Source: Eledone cirrhosa (lineage: Eukaryota). Taken from it: a stretch of DNA of 64,000 bases. Of the stretch, positions 14,639-28,120 are shown one piece after another. Below the pieces are notes generated by a model that saw nothing but the letters and a program-made list of their open reading frames with translations, ran no database searches and had not been told where the DNA came from. Where the stretch lies: positions 63,426,001 through 63,490,000 of the forward strand of contig OZ024745.1 of NCBI GenBank assembly GCA_964016885.1, in the 5' to 3' direction. The translations under genes and the position numbers were made by a program. The stretch's first letter is position 1. Every line of letters begins with the position of its first letter.

Positions 14639-15704
14639 CATTTATAACCAATCAAATTACATTTATGAAAAAAACTTTTGGGCCACTTTTTTAAGTAAAA
14701 AGAAGCTCAAACACAAACTGGCGCGAAAGTTGATGTGCTTATTCACGTGACTGAATCAACCAACCAAATTTCACGCATATATGAAAAAATAATCTCTCCC
14801 CCCCCCCCCGTTTTTTAAAGGCAAATATAATAATAACTTTGTAATACGAACTGGCGCGAAATTTATTATACTTATTCACGTGACAGTCTTCAGCCAACAA
14901 AATCATTTTTCTAAAAACCTAACATTTCGAGCCACTTTTTTTCAAAATAAAACAGAAGTAACCTCTGAACACCAACCAGATGCGAGAAATACCACAAACC
15001 CTCCATCTCAATTCTACTTTTGAAAAGCACAAGAACTTCCAAACCGGTAAAGGAACCAAATAAATATTCTTATGAAGACTCCAGTTGCATTTTCGATTTC
15101 ATCTTTTTCCTTATACTTTCACTCGTGTAGGACGTCTCTTTCTTTTTTTTTTCATTTTGTAAAAAAATCTCATTTTCTTATATAGATATATATATATATA
15201 TATGTGTGTCTGTGTATCTATGTATGTGTGTATGTGTGTATGTGTGTGTGTGTGTGTGTGTATACATATGTAAATATACATATATATATATATATATGGA
15301 TGTATATATAGTGTATTTTGCTATACACTGTATGCTTAATTAAAAGCATTTCGAAGACCTTACGCTATTTCAGAGCACCAATTCTAATTTTCAATTTTTG
15401 CTTGACCGGCAACAGCTCTGTATAATCAGTTCCTGATTATTACTAGAATTCTATAAGAATCAAACATTCGTGATTTTCAGCAAACAGGCGGAGTACTTAG
15501 CTTGATAAGCACCAACAAGTGCGAAACAGAGCTCTGTCAGCTTTACCTCCCCTGTTTGCTGAAAATTAAAGTAAGTGAGACTATCACTACTCTAAAACAA
15601 TAGCGTAAGGTGTTCGAAATGCTGTTAATTAAACATACAGTGTATTGCAAAATACACTATATATACATCCACATATATATCGCTATTTTAGAGCACAAAT
15701 TCTA

Positions 15705-15779
<75 letters not shown>

Positions 15780-16481
15780 CCTATATATATATATATATAT
15801 ATATATATAGGAATATATATGTATGTATATGTATGTATGTATATTTATATATGTATATATATATGTATATTTACATATGTATACACAGACACACACATAC
15901 ATAGATACACAAACACACACATATATATATATATATATAAGAAAATGAGATTTTTTTACAAAATGAAAAAAAAAAGAAAAAGACGTCCTACACGAGTGAA
16001 AGTATAAGGAAAAAAGATGAAATCGAAAATGCAACTGGAGTCTTTATAAAAATATTTATTTGGTTCCTTTACGGTTTCGCAGTTCTTGTGCTTTTCAAAA
16101 GTAGAATTGAGATGGAGGGTTTGTGGTATTTCTCGCATCTGGTTGGTGTTCGGATGTTACTTCTGTTTTATTTGGAAAAAAGTGGCTCGAAATGTTAGAT
16201 TTTTAGAAAAGTGATTTTGTTGGTTGAAGACTGTCACGTGATTAAGTATAATAAATTTCGCACCAGTTCGTGTTACAAAGTTATTATTATATTTGCCTTT
16301 AAAAAACAGGGGGAGGGCAGATTATTTTTTCATATATGAGTGAAATTTGGTTGGTTTATTCAGTCACGTGAATAAGCACATCAACTTTCGCGCCAGTTTG
16401 TGTTTGAGCTTCTTTTTACTTAAAAAAGTGGCCCAAAAGTTTTTTCATAAATGTAATTTGATTGGTTATAAATGAAATTAT
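14632..16481. repeat. Large inverted duplication (arms ~14632-15378 and ~15590-16481) around an HHR-bearing spacer
   Basis: 14632 ATAATTTCATTTATAACCAATC... is the reverse complement of ...GATTGGTTATAAATGAAATTAT 16481; colinear through both arms with scattered mismatches. Confidence 0.93.
15473..15566 (+). ncRNA. Hammerhead motif with TTGATAA core and long helix I
   Basis: Outer stem ATTTTCAGCAAACAGG (15473-15488)/CCTGTTTGCTGAAAAT (15551-15566), 16 bp perfect; TTGATAA 15502-15508; helix II GCAC-caacaa-GTGC; GAAA; palindromic CAGAGCTCTG; GTC triplet. Confidence 0.7.
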
Positions 16482-16587
16482 GATGGTCACATGAACAAGT
16501 ACATTAATTGTATATATATATATATATATGAACAAGTACATTTTATATATATGAACAAGTACATTGTATATATATGAACAAATACAT

Positions 16588-16626
<39 letters not shown>

Positions 16627-16733
16627 GGGCGCTTACAGCATCGTTTTCCATATTATTGTACTTTGTTCCGAAGGAGCATAGAGTGCTCAACTGGCAAACC
16701 GCCTATGGACGCATCCAAGCAACCTTACTACGA

Positions 16734-16765
<32 letters not shown>

Positions 16766-16965
16766 GTATGTATGTATGAATGAATATGTATGTATATGTA
16801 TGTATATGTATGTATGTATATATATATGTATATATCTATATATATATATATATATACATATATATGTATATATATGCAAAAGTTTTATTTAAAATTGTTG
16901 GGTTACAACGAGTAAATATTTTATAACTGATATAAAATCACTCAACAGGTTTTGGAGTATTTTAC

Positions 16966-17295
16966 GATATTAAACAAATGGAAACTACATTTATAAAACC
17001 ATATTTATTTCATTATATATATTTCAGGGATAACATATTAAAAATATGGTATGCCCTCTTCAGACAAAATACAATATATAAACAGTTTTATAAATAAATT
17101 TGACATACCTTAAAACTTTACAACTTCCATTTAAAAAGTTGTAAAGTTTTAAGGTATGTCAAATTTATTTATAAAACTGTTTTTATATTGTATTTTGTCT
17201 GAAGAGGGCATACCATATTTTTATATGTTATCCCTGAAATATATATAATGAAATAAATATGGTTTTATAAATGTAGTTTCCATTTGTTTAATATC
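16966..17295. repeat. Foldback palindrome, ~161-bp arms, 9-nt loop
   Basis: 16966-17126 is reverse complementary to 17136-17295. Confidence 0.95.
17193..17253 (+). ncRNA. Type I hammerhead motif (mirror copy on minus strand, ~17007-17068)
   Basis: Helix I TTTTGT/ATGAAA (with GU pairs); CTGAAGA 17199-17205; helix II GGG..CATA../..TATG..CCC; GAAA 17236-17239; palindromic TATATA; ATA triplet. Confidence 0.65.
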
Positions 17296-18275
<980 letters not shown>

Positions 18276-18829
18276 TATCAGCAAAATCATGTATTCTTTT
18301 CTATGCATATGTTCAGTTATACTTATGCATATCTGAGAATGAATAATTTATTTGTACACGTATATGCGGAAAAATTGATTTATCGATTGATGTAAATAGA
18401 CAAAGATTTAGATCTCAATAAAGAAAAAGAAATTGAGTCTTTGTGTGATTCAATACATTTTTACATATTTCTTAAAAATTCATATAATTCTAAAAAATGC
18501 AATGTACTTTTTGAATGAATGTATAACTTTTGTAGTTTAGAATATATAAACCGATCAAAGTGCTTACTCTCTTCATTGTATCCTTTTCAGAAATTGTTGC
18601 TTATCTATATTCAGAGGTATATATCGCCTCTTTCCTTTCGTAATTAATAATGTATGTATTGAAATTTGATGAAAATACTTTTATAAGAGGAAATATATTA
18701 AAGGACAGAATTAATATCTCCTAAATATATTATTTTGTTTTTTTCATTTTCTCCAAATACTTCAATCACTAACAATCTATAAGACGCAATGTTGTTTTTT
18801 TCACATATATCATGTTCAGCTGACAAGTG

Positions 18830-19375
18830 CCGTGAGCGCCTGGAAGTATTTTAGATGTTAGACGCCCGACCTTGGTCTACGCTTGACCAGGGAACATAGC
18901 TCAGTCAAAGAGACGAGCTGCGTAAAAATATGTCACACGAATGGTGCCCGCATTGTTTGAAATTTGCCTCTGTTATCATCGTTTTTGCAGTTCTTGAGGT
19001 AATTCCACAGGGACTTTGGCCGCAGCGAGTGTTTGTGCATCAATAATAACATACCTAGGCCATCATGGGGTGAATGTTGGTATCAAATTATTTTCTGACC
19101 AACGGGTCTTGCCGCTTCCACAAAAATTGAGAGTGCATGCGTTCCAATTTCGTCAACTATTTTTTAAATCCTTGTTACGACGGTCAAGCGGTAATATAGT
19201 ACCGAAGATATGTACGTGGTTGCCATCTTCGCCCGATATTCGGAAGATAGCTTTCTTTCTGCCCATTTCTGAGTGCAATAGTTTATTTGTTCTTTACCTC
19301 AACCAATTTATTTCTACCTTGTGGTCCTGTCCAACCCAGATTTCAAGCCCTTTAAACGGACCGTCGATCCAACGG
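18830..19375 (-). mobile_element. L1/Tx1-clade LINE ORF2 fragment (C-terminal to RT)
   Basis: Minus translation QKWAERKLSSEYRAKMATTYISSVLYYRLTVV...QHSPHDGLGMLL (cf. W..RKLSL.GR....GGLG). Confidence 0.7.
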
Positions 19376-19380
19376 CAGAT

Positions 19381-19503
<123 letters not shown>

Positions 19504-21329
19504 AGTACTGGTTTCACCGGCGTACCTGTATGCTACAACACAGCCGTTAATGTTTTAGTCCATCAAATTGAACCAAATTTGTTTTTTCTATCTGGTACTC
19601 ATTATACTGGTCTGTATTTGTCAAATAGTAGTTATCGAAATTACGGGAGGTGGTAAATATATACATCATTTAGAAAATAAAAAGAATGAAGCTCCCGCAT
19701 TATATGTCAACTAGAAATAATGTATTTCTTCGAATATGAGGGAAAATAACTTCAGGATGTTTTACTGAGCGAATATAATACGTTAAAAAGCTGAAATATA
19801 TTCTATACGCGCGAGAATGTAGTATATATGGCCAAAGTATTTTACCCTTAAATAGAAAAGTTTATTTCACTGTAAACGTATTGCAATAAGTATAATATCA
19901 CTGAAAAATTAATATTTCAATTTATGTATTTCTCCGTTTAATTAGCTTTGAGTTGAATTCAGTGACACATGTCAGAGCAATCAAAAGGAAACTAATGAAC
20001 AGATTCATATAACAAACATATTGGCTGTGACCGGAATTTATTTTAGCTGAATGATGAAAAGAATATGAATTCATAAGGTAATGGAAGAAACGAAATCATT
20101 TTAGACACCTTTTCCTGGCAATTCATCACTTTAGGAGATTTATATCAGATGATCAGCTTCGGTGTGATCTACAAACAAAATTGCATCTCAGACGATGCAG
20201 TAGATTAACATGTTTGCCACAGTTTTGATTATTTTAACTGGGTACCACTTTATGCATGGTAATTGATCATATTGTAAAATAGATTTACTCATGTATTTAT
20301 ATTTTTTCGCAATACTGAAACATTTATGGTTCGACGATATCAGTTCGTAAAAATAGTTTTCTATACTGTACAAAGTTCATCTATATAAGCTTTGTCAGAT
20401 ATAACTGATACACCATTTGTTTGAAAGTGTAAAATTAAAACGAAATAATCGTAAATGTTTATATTGTTAGGTTCGTTTGTTTTTATAGTCGGGTGTAATT
20501 CTTCCCATTCAATATCCCAGTTAATCTTTAGTACTTCGATTGACTTACAGATTTCTTTAGCAGATTGTATTACAGCGAAGATAGTGGTTGTTCCAATCTA
20601 CTCTAGTAGATATCTGTCCAGAAAAGAATGATAAAGCACTCTGAGATTTTACTTTTGCATTGGTACTTATCCTTCTCAATGGGAGAAATGGAGGCAGGAG
20701 TAGTCATTTATATTGCAAAGTCTTTTAAGTAGCATCTTTAAAATAGTCACAAATAGCATTGTAATTCTGATCTTCATCACGTTAAGGTTCGGAAAATTTC
20801 AAATGACTTAGGATACTAGGAGATATTCAAGACAATAGACTTCAGAAATTGAAGTAATGTTCGTAAATGTACTGGAAGACAAATTGAGTTTTCAATTGAA
20901 GAGGGAATTCCGCTGTCTGTCATCGACGAGCGAACCAAAATGAAAGGATATATCAAATTAGATAATTGAAGTTTTAAAAGAAGACATTTACTATCCACCT
21001 TGAAAATTTCTAAACGCGACAAATATCTATCAGCATAACAAAGGAACTATTATTCTATAAAACTGTATTTTATATAATTATATTTTATATTACAAATTAT
21101 TGAGTGGGATGAAATGCCAAAAATAGTTCAGTTTTATATTCAGCCTATATATTCTCATCTCGTCAGTCCGGTCATGTGTAATAATTGCTCTAATACAATA
21201 AACGTTATTAAACTATTTGTTTTGAGGCATTATGAAACTATTACATAGCTAACACGCATTGTATTTTATTCTGTTAGTCGGGTGTTTGTCTGACAAACTT
21301 CCTGACTACATGATTTCTCTATTCAATCT

Positions 21330-21650
21330 TATCCATCGCACATTGATATATCTGATCTACTCTAATGTCAGTGGAGTCTTGTATGCTTTTTATATATGTT
21401 AAACGTGGTCGATTTCAGTGGTGGTGGCCTTGCAGTGTGTAAGACATAGTGGTGGGCTATCGTCTCGTGTGAGTTTCTCAACCAGTGACCAAGCATATAC
21501 AGCTGGTTGTGAATAAGTGTGTTCACAAAATTCTTTCTTTTTATGGTTATCTGGCTCTACCTGTTCATTTGACGACCAACATAATACGCAAAACGTTAGT
21601 GGTATATGAGTTTAACAGATGTTTTGATGATATGCAAGTGCAACACTTAT
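21330..21650 (-). mobile_element. Decayed RTE-like LINE 3' fragment
   Basis: Minus translation includes GHWLRNSHETIAHHYVLHTARPP (cf. GH..R...ETPA...RP). Confidence 0.35.
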
Positions 21651-22704
21651 TCTGATTCCTTATAGCCACAGGGAATCTGGGTTAAACATCGTTCTACCCA
21701 GAGTCAATAATCCCCCGTAAAATGAGTCATTTATCTGAGTTTTATTCTGTCTGCCCATCCTTCTGGTGGCTGCTGTTTACATTTATTAGCTTTCTGTTGG
21801 CTTCTCTCTACCGATGAAAGATTTTATTGATAATTCTAACGGAAATTAATCTATGTGCAAAGGTTTTATCATCGTAGACCACTAGCTATTGCATATAGAA
21901 ATTACACAAATCGTTTTAATTTTCTATTTCATATTTGGTAGGTGTGAAGTGTAGCTTTACTAAGTTACATTGAATAAGCGTTGTCATATCTCTGATGGTA
22001 CTCTATAGATAAAATATATTTTCTTCTATATTACGTATTCACGATTAATACACATTTGTGTATTTAATATAGACAAAATATTGATTAACAATTGTCAGAA
22101 AATAAAATATCATTTACAAAAATGTTGGTTCATTACTTTAACTCCCTACAATATTAGTCAGTATATTATTGATCACCATCATCACTGTAAGTTTGTTGTC
22201 AATGCTATTGCTAATAGCCGAATTTACGGTCTTAGTCTTTGTATCTAAACAATCGTAACTTGAAACATTTCATTGTGAGTACCTTTGAAATGGTGTTTGT
22301 AAAGTAGCTGAGTATGACGCCGTTCGTATGAACATCGTAAACAAGCAAAAGTATAATTTTCTAGGCAAACAAACGTAGGAATCATTACCGATTTACTTGA
22401 GCTGCGAACACTATCGATTAAATCTCCCTTAAATATAATACTAAATTATTACAAGGGGAAGGACAGATTACATAAGTGAAAAACGGAATTATTACGAATA
22501 GAATACCTTTCATCAGATGACTCTTGAACACCGCTGATCAACATAATGATTAGTGCCAGTCACAATATGTATTAATGGATTAAGTGGATCATATCACACA
22601 ACTAAAAACATGACTCGTATTATTTGCATATAGGTATATAGAAAAAATATTTTTTTGATTGTTTTGCAAGCTATTTTTGTCAGAAAATATTCATTTAAAT
22701 TATC

Positions 22705-23099
22705 GTTATACATTTGGAGAAAGAGTCATGCTGCCAAATAAAAACATGCATCTCTTTGGTTTCACTTCAATTTATTATTATAATTTCCCTGTTTGGTTAG
22801 ATTAACCGGATGGCTGTTTAATCGTTAACTGTCAAAGCTCTTTCGTCACACAGACTGTGATCACCTAAGTGACTATGTTTGTGGTTACTTTGTGTCTCTC
22901 CTTTGTTCTGCTTTACGACTCGGGATGGTGTAGTCACTAAGGATGTTACAGATTGTGTGACAAAAGGGTTTTGACAATCAGTACAGAAATAACCATTCGG
23001 TTATTAACTATCCAACAAGGAAATTATGGTAATAGATTGAAGGGAAACCCTACAGTTCGTGTGTTTTCTATTGGCAGCATGACACCCCCAAAGTATAAC
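22705..23099. mobile_element. Foldback MITE-like element, imperfect ~395-bp palindrome
   Basis: GTTATACATTTGG..GTCATGCTGCCAA pairs with TTGGCAGCATGAC..CCAAAGTATAAC; inner pairs ATAATTTCC/GGAAATTAT, TGTCAAA/TTTGACA, GTCACACA/TGTGTGAC, AGTGACTA/TAGTCACT. Confidence 0.75.
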
Positions 23100-23909
23100 T
23101 AATATTTTAAGGTTGATTCAATGGCCTAAAGCTTAAGCAACACTAATTCAGATGATTAATCTTACCTGCTACAAATAGTGGACAATATTTCAAAAATCCC
23201 ACCTAAACATATTTTAAAAAGGAAGGTTAGATTAATCAGTACAATGTGGGATGTACAAAAAGGTAGTTAGTCGCACACAATAACAAGAACATTGCAGTAA
23301 TAATAGTTTTCATTGATATCACCAACCTATTTCTTAAGATGTACATTAGAATCGTTGATAATGATGTTTTTACACTTTTATAATATTTACTCTTACAATT
23401 TTTAACAAATGTATTCGTACTATATTTATTTCTTCCATATTAATGCTGATTATTATTTCTGAAAATTATTTTGTTGTTTTTTTGTTATCGGTTAATTTTT
23501 TTATCATTATTTTGCTGCTGTAATAGCTTTTCAATCATTTTATAAATCTTCAGCTTTTCCTTCCTTTCCCTATCATTTATGTAAGTTATACAAATTCCCA
23601 TATCATTCTCCATGGTTACTTCTCTCCCCCATCTCACCCTTTATCACTTTTTCAACGCCACCTCCTTTATCTCGTTTTCAATTTTATATATCTCATTTTC
23701 TTCCAATGAACACCCGCATCGAGATTGCTTCTTTATCCATTCACTGTTCTTATTTCATCCACTTTTATTTTCCTTTCCTCTGCTGAGACGTCTACCTCTA
23801 TATCGGGGCTATGTAACATCTTTTGTTTTACAGTCTTCGGTTTCCATTTTAGCATCCTATTCTCTTCCACCATAGACACTCAAGAAACACACGTGCGCAC
23901 ACACGCACG

Positions 23910-23911
<2 letters not shown>

Positions 23912-24004
<93 letters not shown>

Positions 24005-24012
24005 ACACACAC
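23912..24012. repeat. (CA)n microsatellite
   Basis: Direct inspection. Confidence 0.97.
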
Positions 24013-24890
24013 TCATAAGCATATGGGAGGAAAGCAACTGAACGATAGAGAGAGAAAAAGAAAAATGAGGGAGAGAGATAAGCACAAACACTTACATGGC
24101 CCATACATGTTACTAATACAAAAGGCCGTAAGACAATTAATCCAGAATTAGAAAACTAAAACAAAAGTAGAATGCCAATATTATTTAATACGGTCAAGCT
24201 TAAATTGTTCCGATGGTTGTATTGAAGATCGTATTCCATAAGTAAACCTACTTAATCTTACACATCGTGTTTACTTTTATAAAATTATATGTAAATATGC
24301 ATGCATGGATGTATGTACGTATATATATGTATGTATGTTTACATGTATGTATGAATAAATATATGTACGTAAGCCAGTGGAAAACGGACCTACAGACTGT
24401 GAGGTATGGCATGTAAATCACATCCTGATTTGATGAACCATATAAGTCATTATCAACGACAGCAACATCGTTTTTCACAATCGTTATCAACGGCAGCAAC
24501 ATATGTTTTTGACAATGCCTTTTTTTTTTTTGAGAAGAGGTCTGTCTGCAATGTCAAAACTCCGTCGAATCCCCCACCCCGAGTTACTGAGTATATAAAT
24601 CTCTATTATCAAATCCAGTTTCAAATAAATTAGCACATATCTGTAATTACTAAACTTATTGTCTCTTCCTCATTAGGTAACGTCGCTAAATCCATGCAAA
24701 CATCAACAACATCCACTGTTGTGTGTGTGTATGTGTGTGTGTGTGTATTTATATACATATACGAATAAACGTTAATGTAGTTTTGAGGAATTAAATATAT
24801 ATATGAATATAAGTATGTATACGTACATACATATATATATACACACGTACAGTAGTACGTATATACATACATGCACACACATATATATAT

Positions 24891-24946
<56 letters not shown>

Positions 24947-25067
24947 GTATGGGTTTACCGAACATTTATTATAATGCTCGGTTTGTTTGTAAAAAAACAG
25001 TCCGAATTATTAGCCGTACAGTGTTTGGCAACCATCGTTGCCAATTTTTTCAACACTGACAAAGGAA

Positions 25068-25109
25068 CTATGAACTAGTTTCTAGCTTATTAGCTGTTAT
25101 CAGCACCGT
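25068..25109 (-). ncRNA. Inverted hammerhead copy with CTGATAA (G8A) change
   Basis: Reverse complement reads ACGGTG-CTGATAA-CAGCTAATAAGCTA-GAAA-CTAG-TT-CATAGT. Confidence 0.65.
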
Positions 25110-25143
25110 ATACCTTCCTGTCAGTCGATTGAACGGAAGGTAT

Positions 25144-25186
25144 ACGGTGCTGATGACAGCTAATAAGCTAGAAACTAGTTCATCGT
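25144..25186 (+). ncRNA. Type I hammerhead ribozyme, canonical core
   Basis: Helix I ACGGTG/CATCGT; CTGATGA 25150-25156; helix II AGCT-aata-AGCT; GAAA 25171-25174; palindromic ACTAGT; GTT triplet, cleavage after 25180. Confidence 0.85.
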
Positions 25187-25566
25187 TCTTTTGTCAGTGT
25201 TGAACAAAATGGCAACGATCGTTGCTGAACACTGTACGGCTAATAATTCGGGCTGTTTGTTTACAAACAAACCGAGCATTATAAAATAAATTTTCGGTAA
25301 ACCCATACGTACATATGTATGTGCATGCATGTATGTATATACATACTACTGCACGTCTGTATACATATATGTATGTACGTATACATACTTATATTTAAGT
25401 ATCAGCCGTACTAAGAGTGAGAAATGAATTTTCATTTTTTCCAATTACCGTTTTCGGTACACCCGGCCGACTAACTCACTCGATATGCAAATTAGGCTTC
25501 TCAGCCGTTAATATGCATAAGGAAATTATATACTTTCAAACGTTCAATCGACTGACAGGAAGGTAT

Positions 25567-25609
25567 ACGGTGCTGATGACAGCTAATAAGCTAGAAACTT
25601 GTTCATCGT
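25567..25609 (+). ncRNA. Second tandem hammerhead copy
   Basis: Same as 25144-25186 except helix III CTTG instead of CTAG; cleavage after 25603. Confidence 0.75.
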
Positions 25610-26789
25610 TCCTTTGTCAGTGTTGGACAAAATGGCAACGATTGTTGCCGAACACTGTACGGCTAATAGTTCGGGCTGTTTGTTTACAAACAAACCGAGC
25701 ATTATAAAATAAATGTTCGGTAAACCCATACGTACATATATATGTGCATGTATGTATATACATACTACTGCACGTCTGTATAAATATATGTATGTACGTA
25801 TACATACTTATATTTAAGTATCAGCCGTACTAAGAGTGAGAAATGAAATTTCATTTTTTCCATATATCAATATAATTATATCAGTTCACAAACCACTCTT
25901 AAAGTTATTTGAATTACGATACTCCGTCGTATCTAATGTGATCCCAAATCTGTGGTGAATACATACTACTGATATGAAGATATCCATCCCGCTTACATCA
26001 TAATTTCTTGATTGAGACGACTCGTACATAATTTTCAGGAATAAATGCTTGAATAACTAACGAGAAATATGTATTTATATTTGTTTAAAATATTGGTTTG
26101 TTTTAGAACATGAATTGGACAACGAATGCTTAAAATATATGATGTTTGGACGTTACCTTTTTATAGGCCATTATACTTCGAGGAGAAATCTCTTCATCTA
26201 AAGATTAATACAAGTAACAAGTTCGGGATTATATGTTGTTTGTCATTTTTAAGCTGCCAGTCTTTTAAGCTGAAAGTGGTGTGTTTTTTGCTATCACCGC
26301 TTAAGTGTTGAACAGATCACGTTGTAACCTCAGCTATGTTCAGATCTAAGCTACTATTGCATCATGTTTGAAACTAGATGAAATGTTGAACTGTGTATGC
26401 TAATTTTATCCACTGGGTGCCGAGTTCTAGATTATTGTTGATTTTGGGTTTTCAGTTTGGCTATTATCGTAAATACTTTTATCCTGGCTTCGATGGTGAG
26501 AGTTATGTCTTTATTTCTCTTCTTTCACTTATCTCTGTGTTTCTATAAGGATCTCCCACTGGGAAAAACTTAAGGATAGTTATATTCTGATAATGAGAGA
26601 ATAATATACAAAATACGTACATATAACATATTTTGTTGTTCTGCGTACAGAGGAAATAGTGTGAAGTGCCTTTACAGTTGGTTCTTTATATAGCAAAGCC
26701 TTTAATTATTGAACTGTCGATGTATATCCGTTAAATATATGTGTCTAAATTGCTGTCAGCTACCATCATCCCACAGAGTTAAATTAGCT

Positions 26790-27075
26790 CCTAAATTCAA
26801 CTATTCCCACGACGCCATGCCAAGCTGATTACTTCAATGAATGAGATGAGCTACTGAAAGAGGCTGAAAGTATTAAGATTCTAACCACTAGAGAAATACG
26901 CATTGTTGTGTAGATCCTGGAAGGGCTAACACTAAACTTGAACAATAAAACCTGGAATTTCAGAGCAGAACAGGGCCGAATGTCTCATCTTCCACATCTA
27001 GAGTAAGGTACAGTTTCTGCAAATGCATGTGGTTGAAAGGCCTCTAGCCCTTTACTATGCAACTAAAAAAATGAT
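26790..27075 (+). mobile_element. CR1-clade LINE ORF2 C-terminal fragment
   Basis: MSY*KRLKVLRF*PLEKYA and V*ILEGL match CR1 C-terminal Y.ERL..L.L.SLE / KIL.GL motifs. Confidence 0.6.
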
Positions 27076-27500
27076 AGAGGTACCTATTTAAAATATGTGT
27101 TTTGCTTAAACTGCATCCTCATATAGGGACTGCACCCCTTTTTAAGTTCAGCTAGATTCCCACCGTTCTAATACTGGTGACTTTGTTCGTATCTAGCAGT
27201 CGAAAAGGGCAGAGCTCAGCCGTCATGGTCCTGAATCTTTTCATATTACACACTCTACTACCCCAACTATCGAGCACTCTGGGGCGTTATGCTCCACCTG
27301 GTATCTTACCACACCCTCTCTGATATATATATATATATATATATCATATATATATATATATATATATATATCATATATATATATATATATATCATATATA
27401 TATATATATATCATATATATATATAAATATATCATATATATATATTTTTTTAAAACGAAAAAACGTGGAAGCGAAGAGGCAGTACAAAAGTTATTATTAG

Positions 27501-27682
27501 GTGGATTGGCAGTATTGGTAGAGTGTCGGAAGCCATGCTTTGGCGCATAGAGTTACGGCCCTTGCCATTCTGAGTTCAATTCCCGCCGAGGTTAACTTTG
27601 CCTTTCATCCTTACAGGGTCGATAAAATAAAGTACCAGTAATACACTGTGTAATTGCTGGCCTTGTGCCTAACGTAGAAACA
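27501..27682 (+). mobile_element. SINE family 1 inserted into a PLE pLTR
   Basis: Full match to family 1; TSD ATTATTAG at 27493-27500 and 27683-27690. Confidence 0.92.
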
Positions 27683-27720
27683 ATTATTAGTTTCACGCTT
27701 GAGAGTGTGGGTGGGAGGAC

Positions 27721-27750
27721 GACGTTTCGGGAATAAGCCCTTCATCAGGA
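27721..27750 (-). ncRNA. Minimal PLE-type hammerhead motif
   Basis: Reverse complement CTGATGA-A-GGG-cttatt-CCC-GAAA-CG-TC; essentially no helix I. Confidence 0.75.
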
Positions 27751-28027
27751 GAAAAGTGGGCAGAAAGACAGTTCCGAGGGTGTGTGGGGAAGTAGCGGAA
27801 AGACATTAAAAAAATTTGTTTAAAAAAGTTAGTTAAAAAGGGGGGGGGGAGAAACGGGAGGAAAAGGAAGTGTTTGGATAGTAAACAAATTAAAATTAAA
27901 AGAAACAAGTGGTGAAAGGGTGTGGGGCGTGTAGGGGTTTTGGTGGGTGGAGGGACGGAGAGGGGAGAGGGAGACGGGGGGTCCGAGCGGGTAGGGCTGA
28001 AGGTGGTGTGTGTATGTGTGTAGGTGT

Positions 28028-28065
<38 letters not shown>

Positions 28066-28120
28066 ATGTGAATGTGAGAGTTGGGGGAAAAAAACGAGGT
28101 TCCATGTTCGGGTAATAGCG

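Larger units (their letters stand above)
24808..25861 (+). mobile_element. Non-coding HHR element: one inverted copy plus two tandem direct copies (423-bp period)
   Basis: 24808-25134 is reverse complementary to the unit (interrupted by (TA)n); 25136-25440 is repeated at 25558-25861; each copy carries the HHR. Confidence 0.9.

Noticed and set aside
21105-21175. Minus-strand CTGACGA followed by a stem
   Set aside because: No GAAA/NUH follows the stem.
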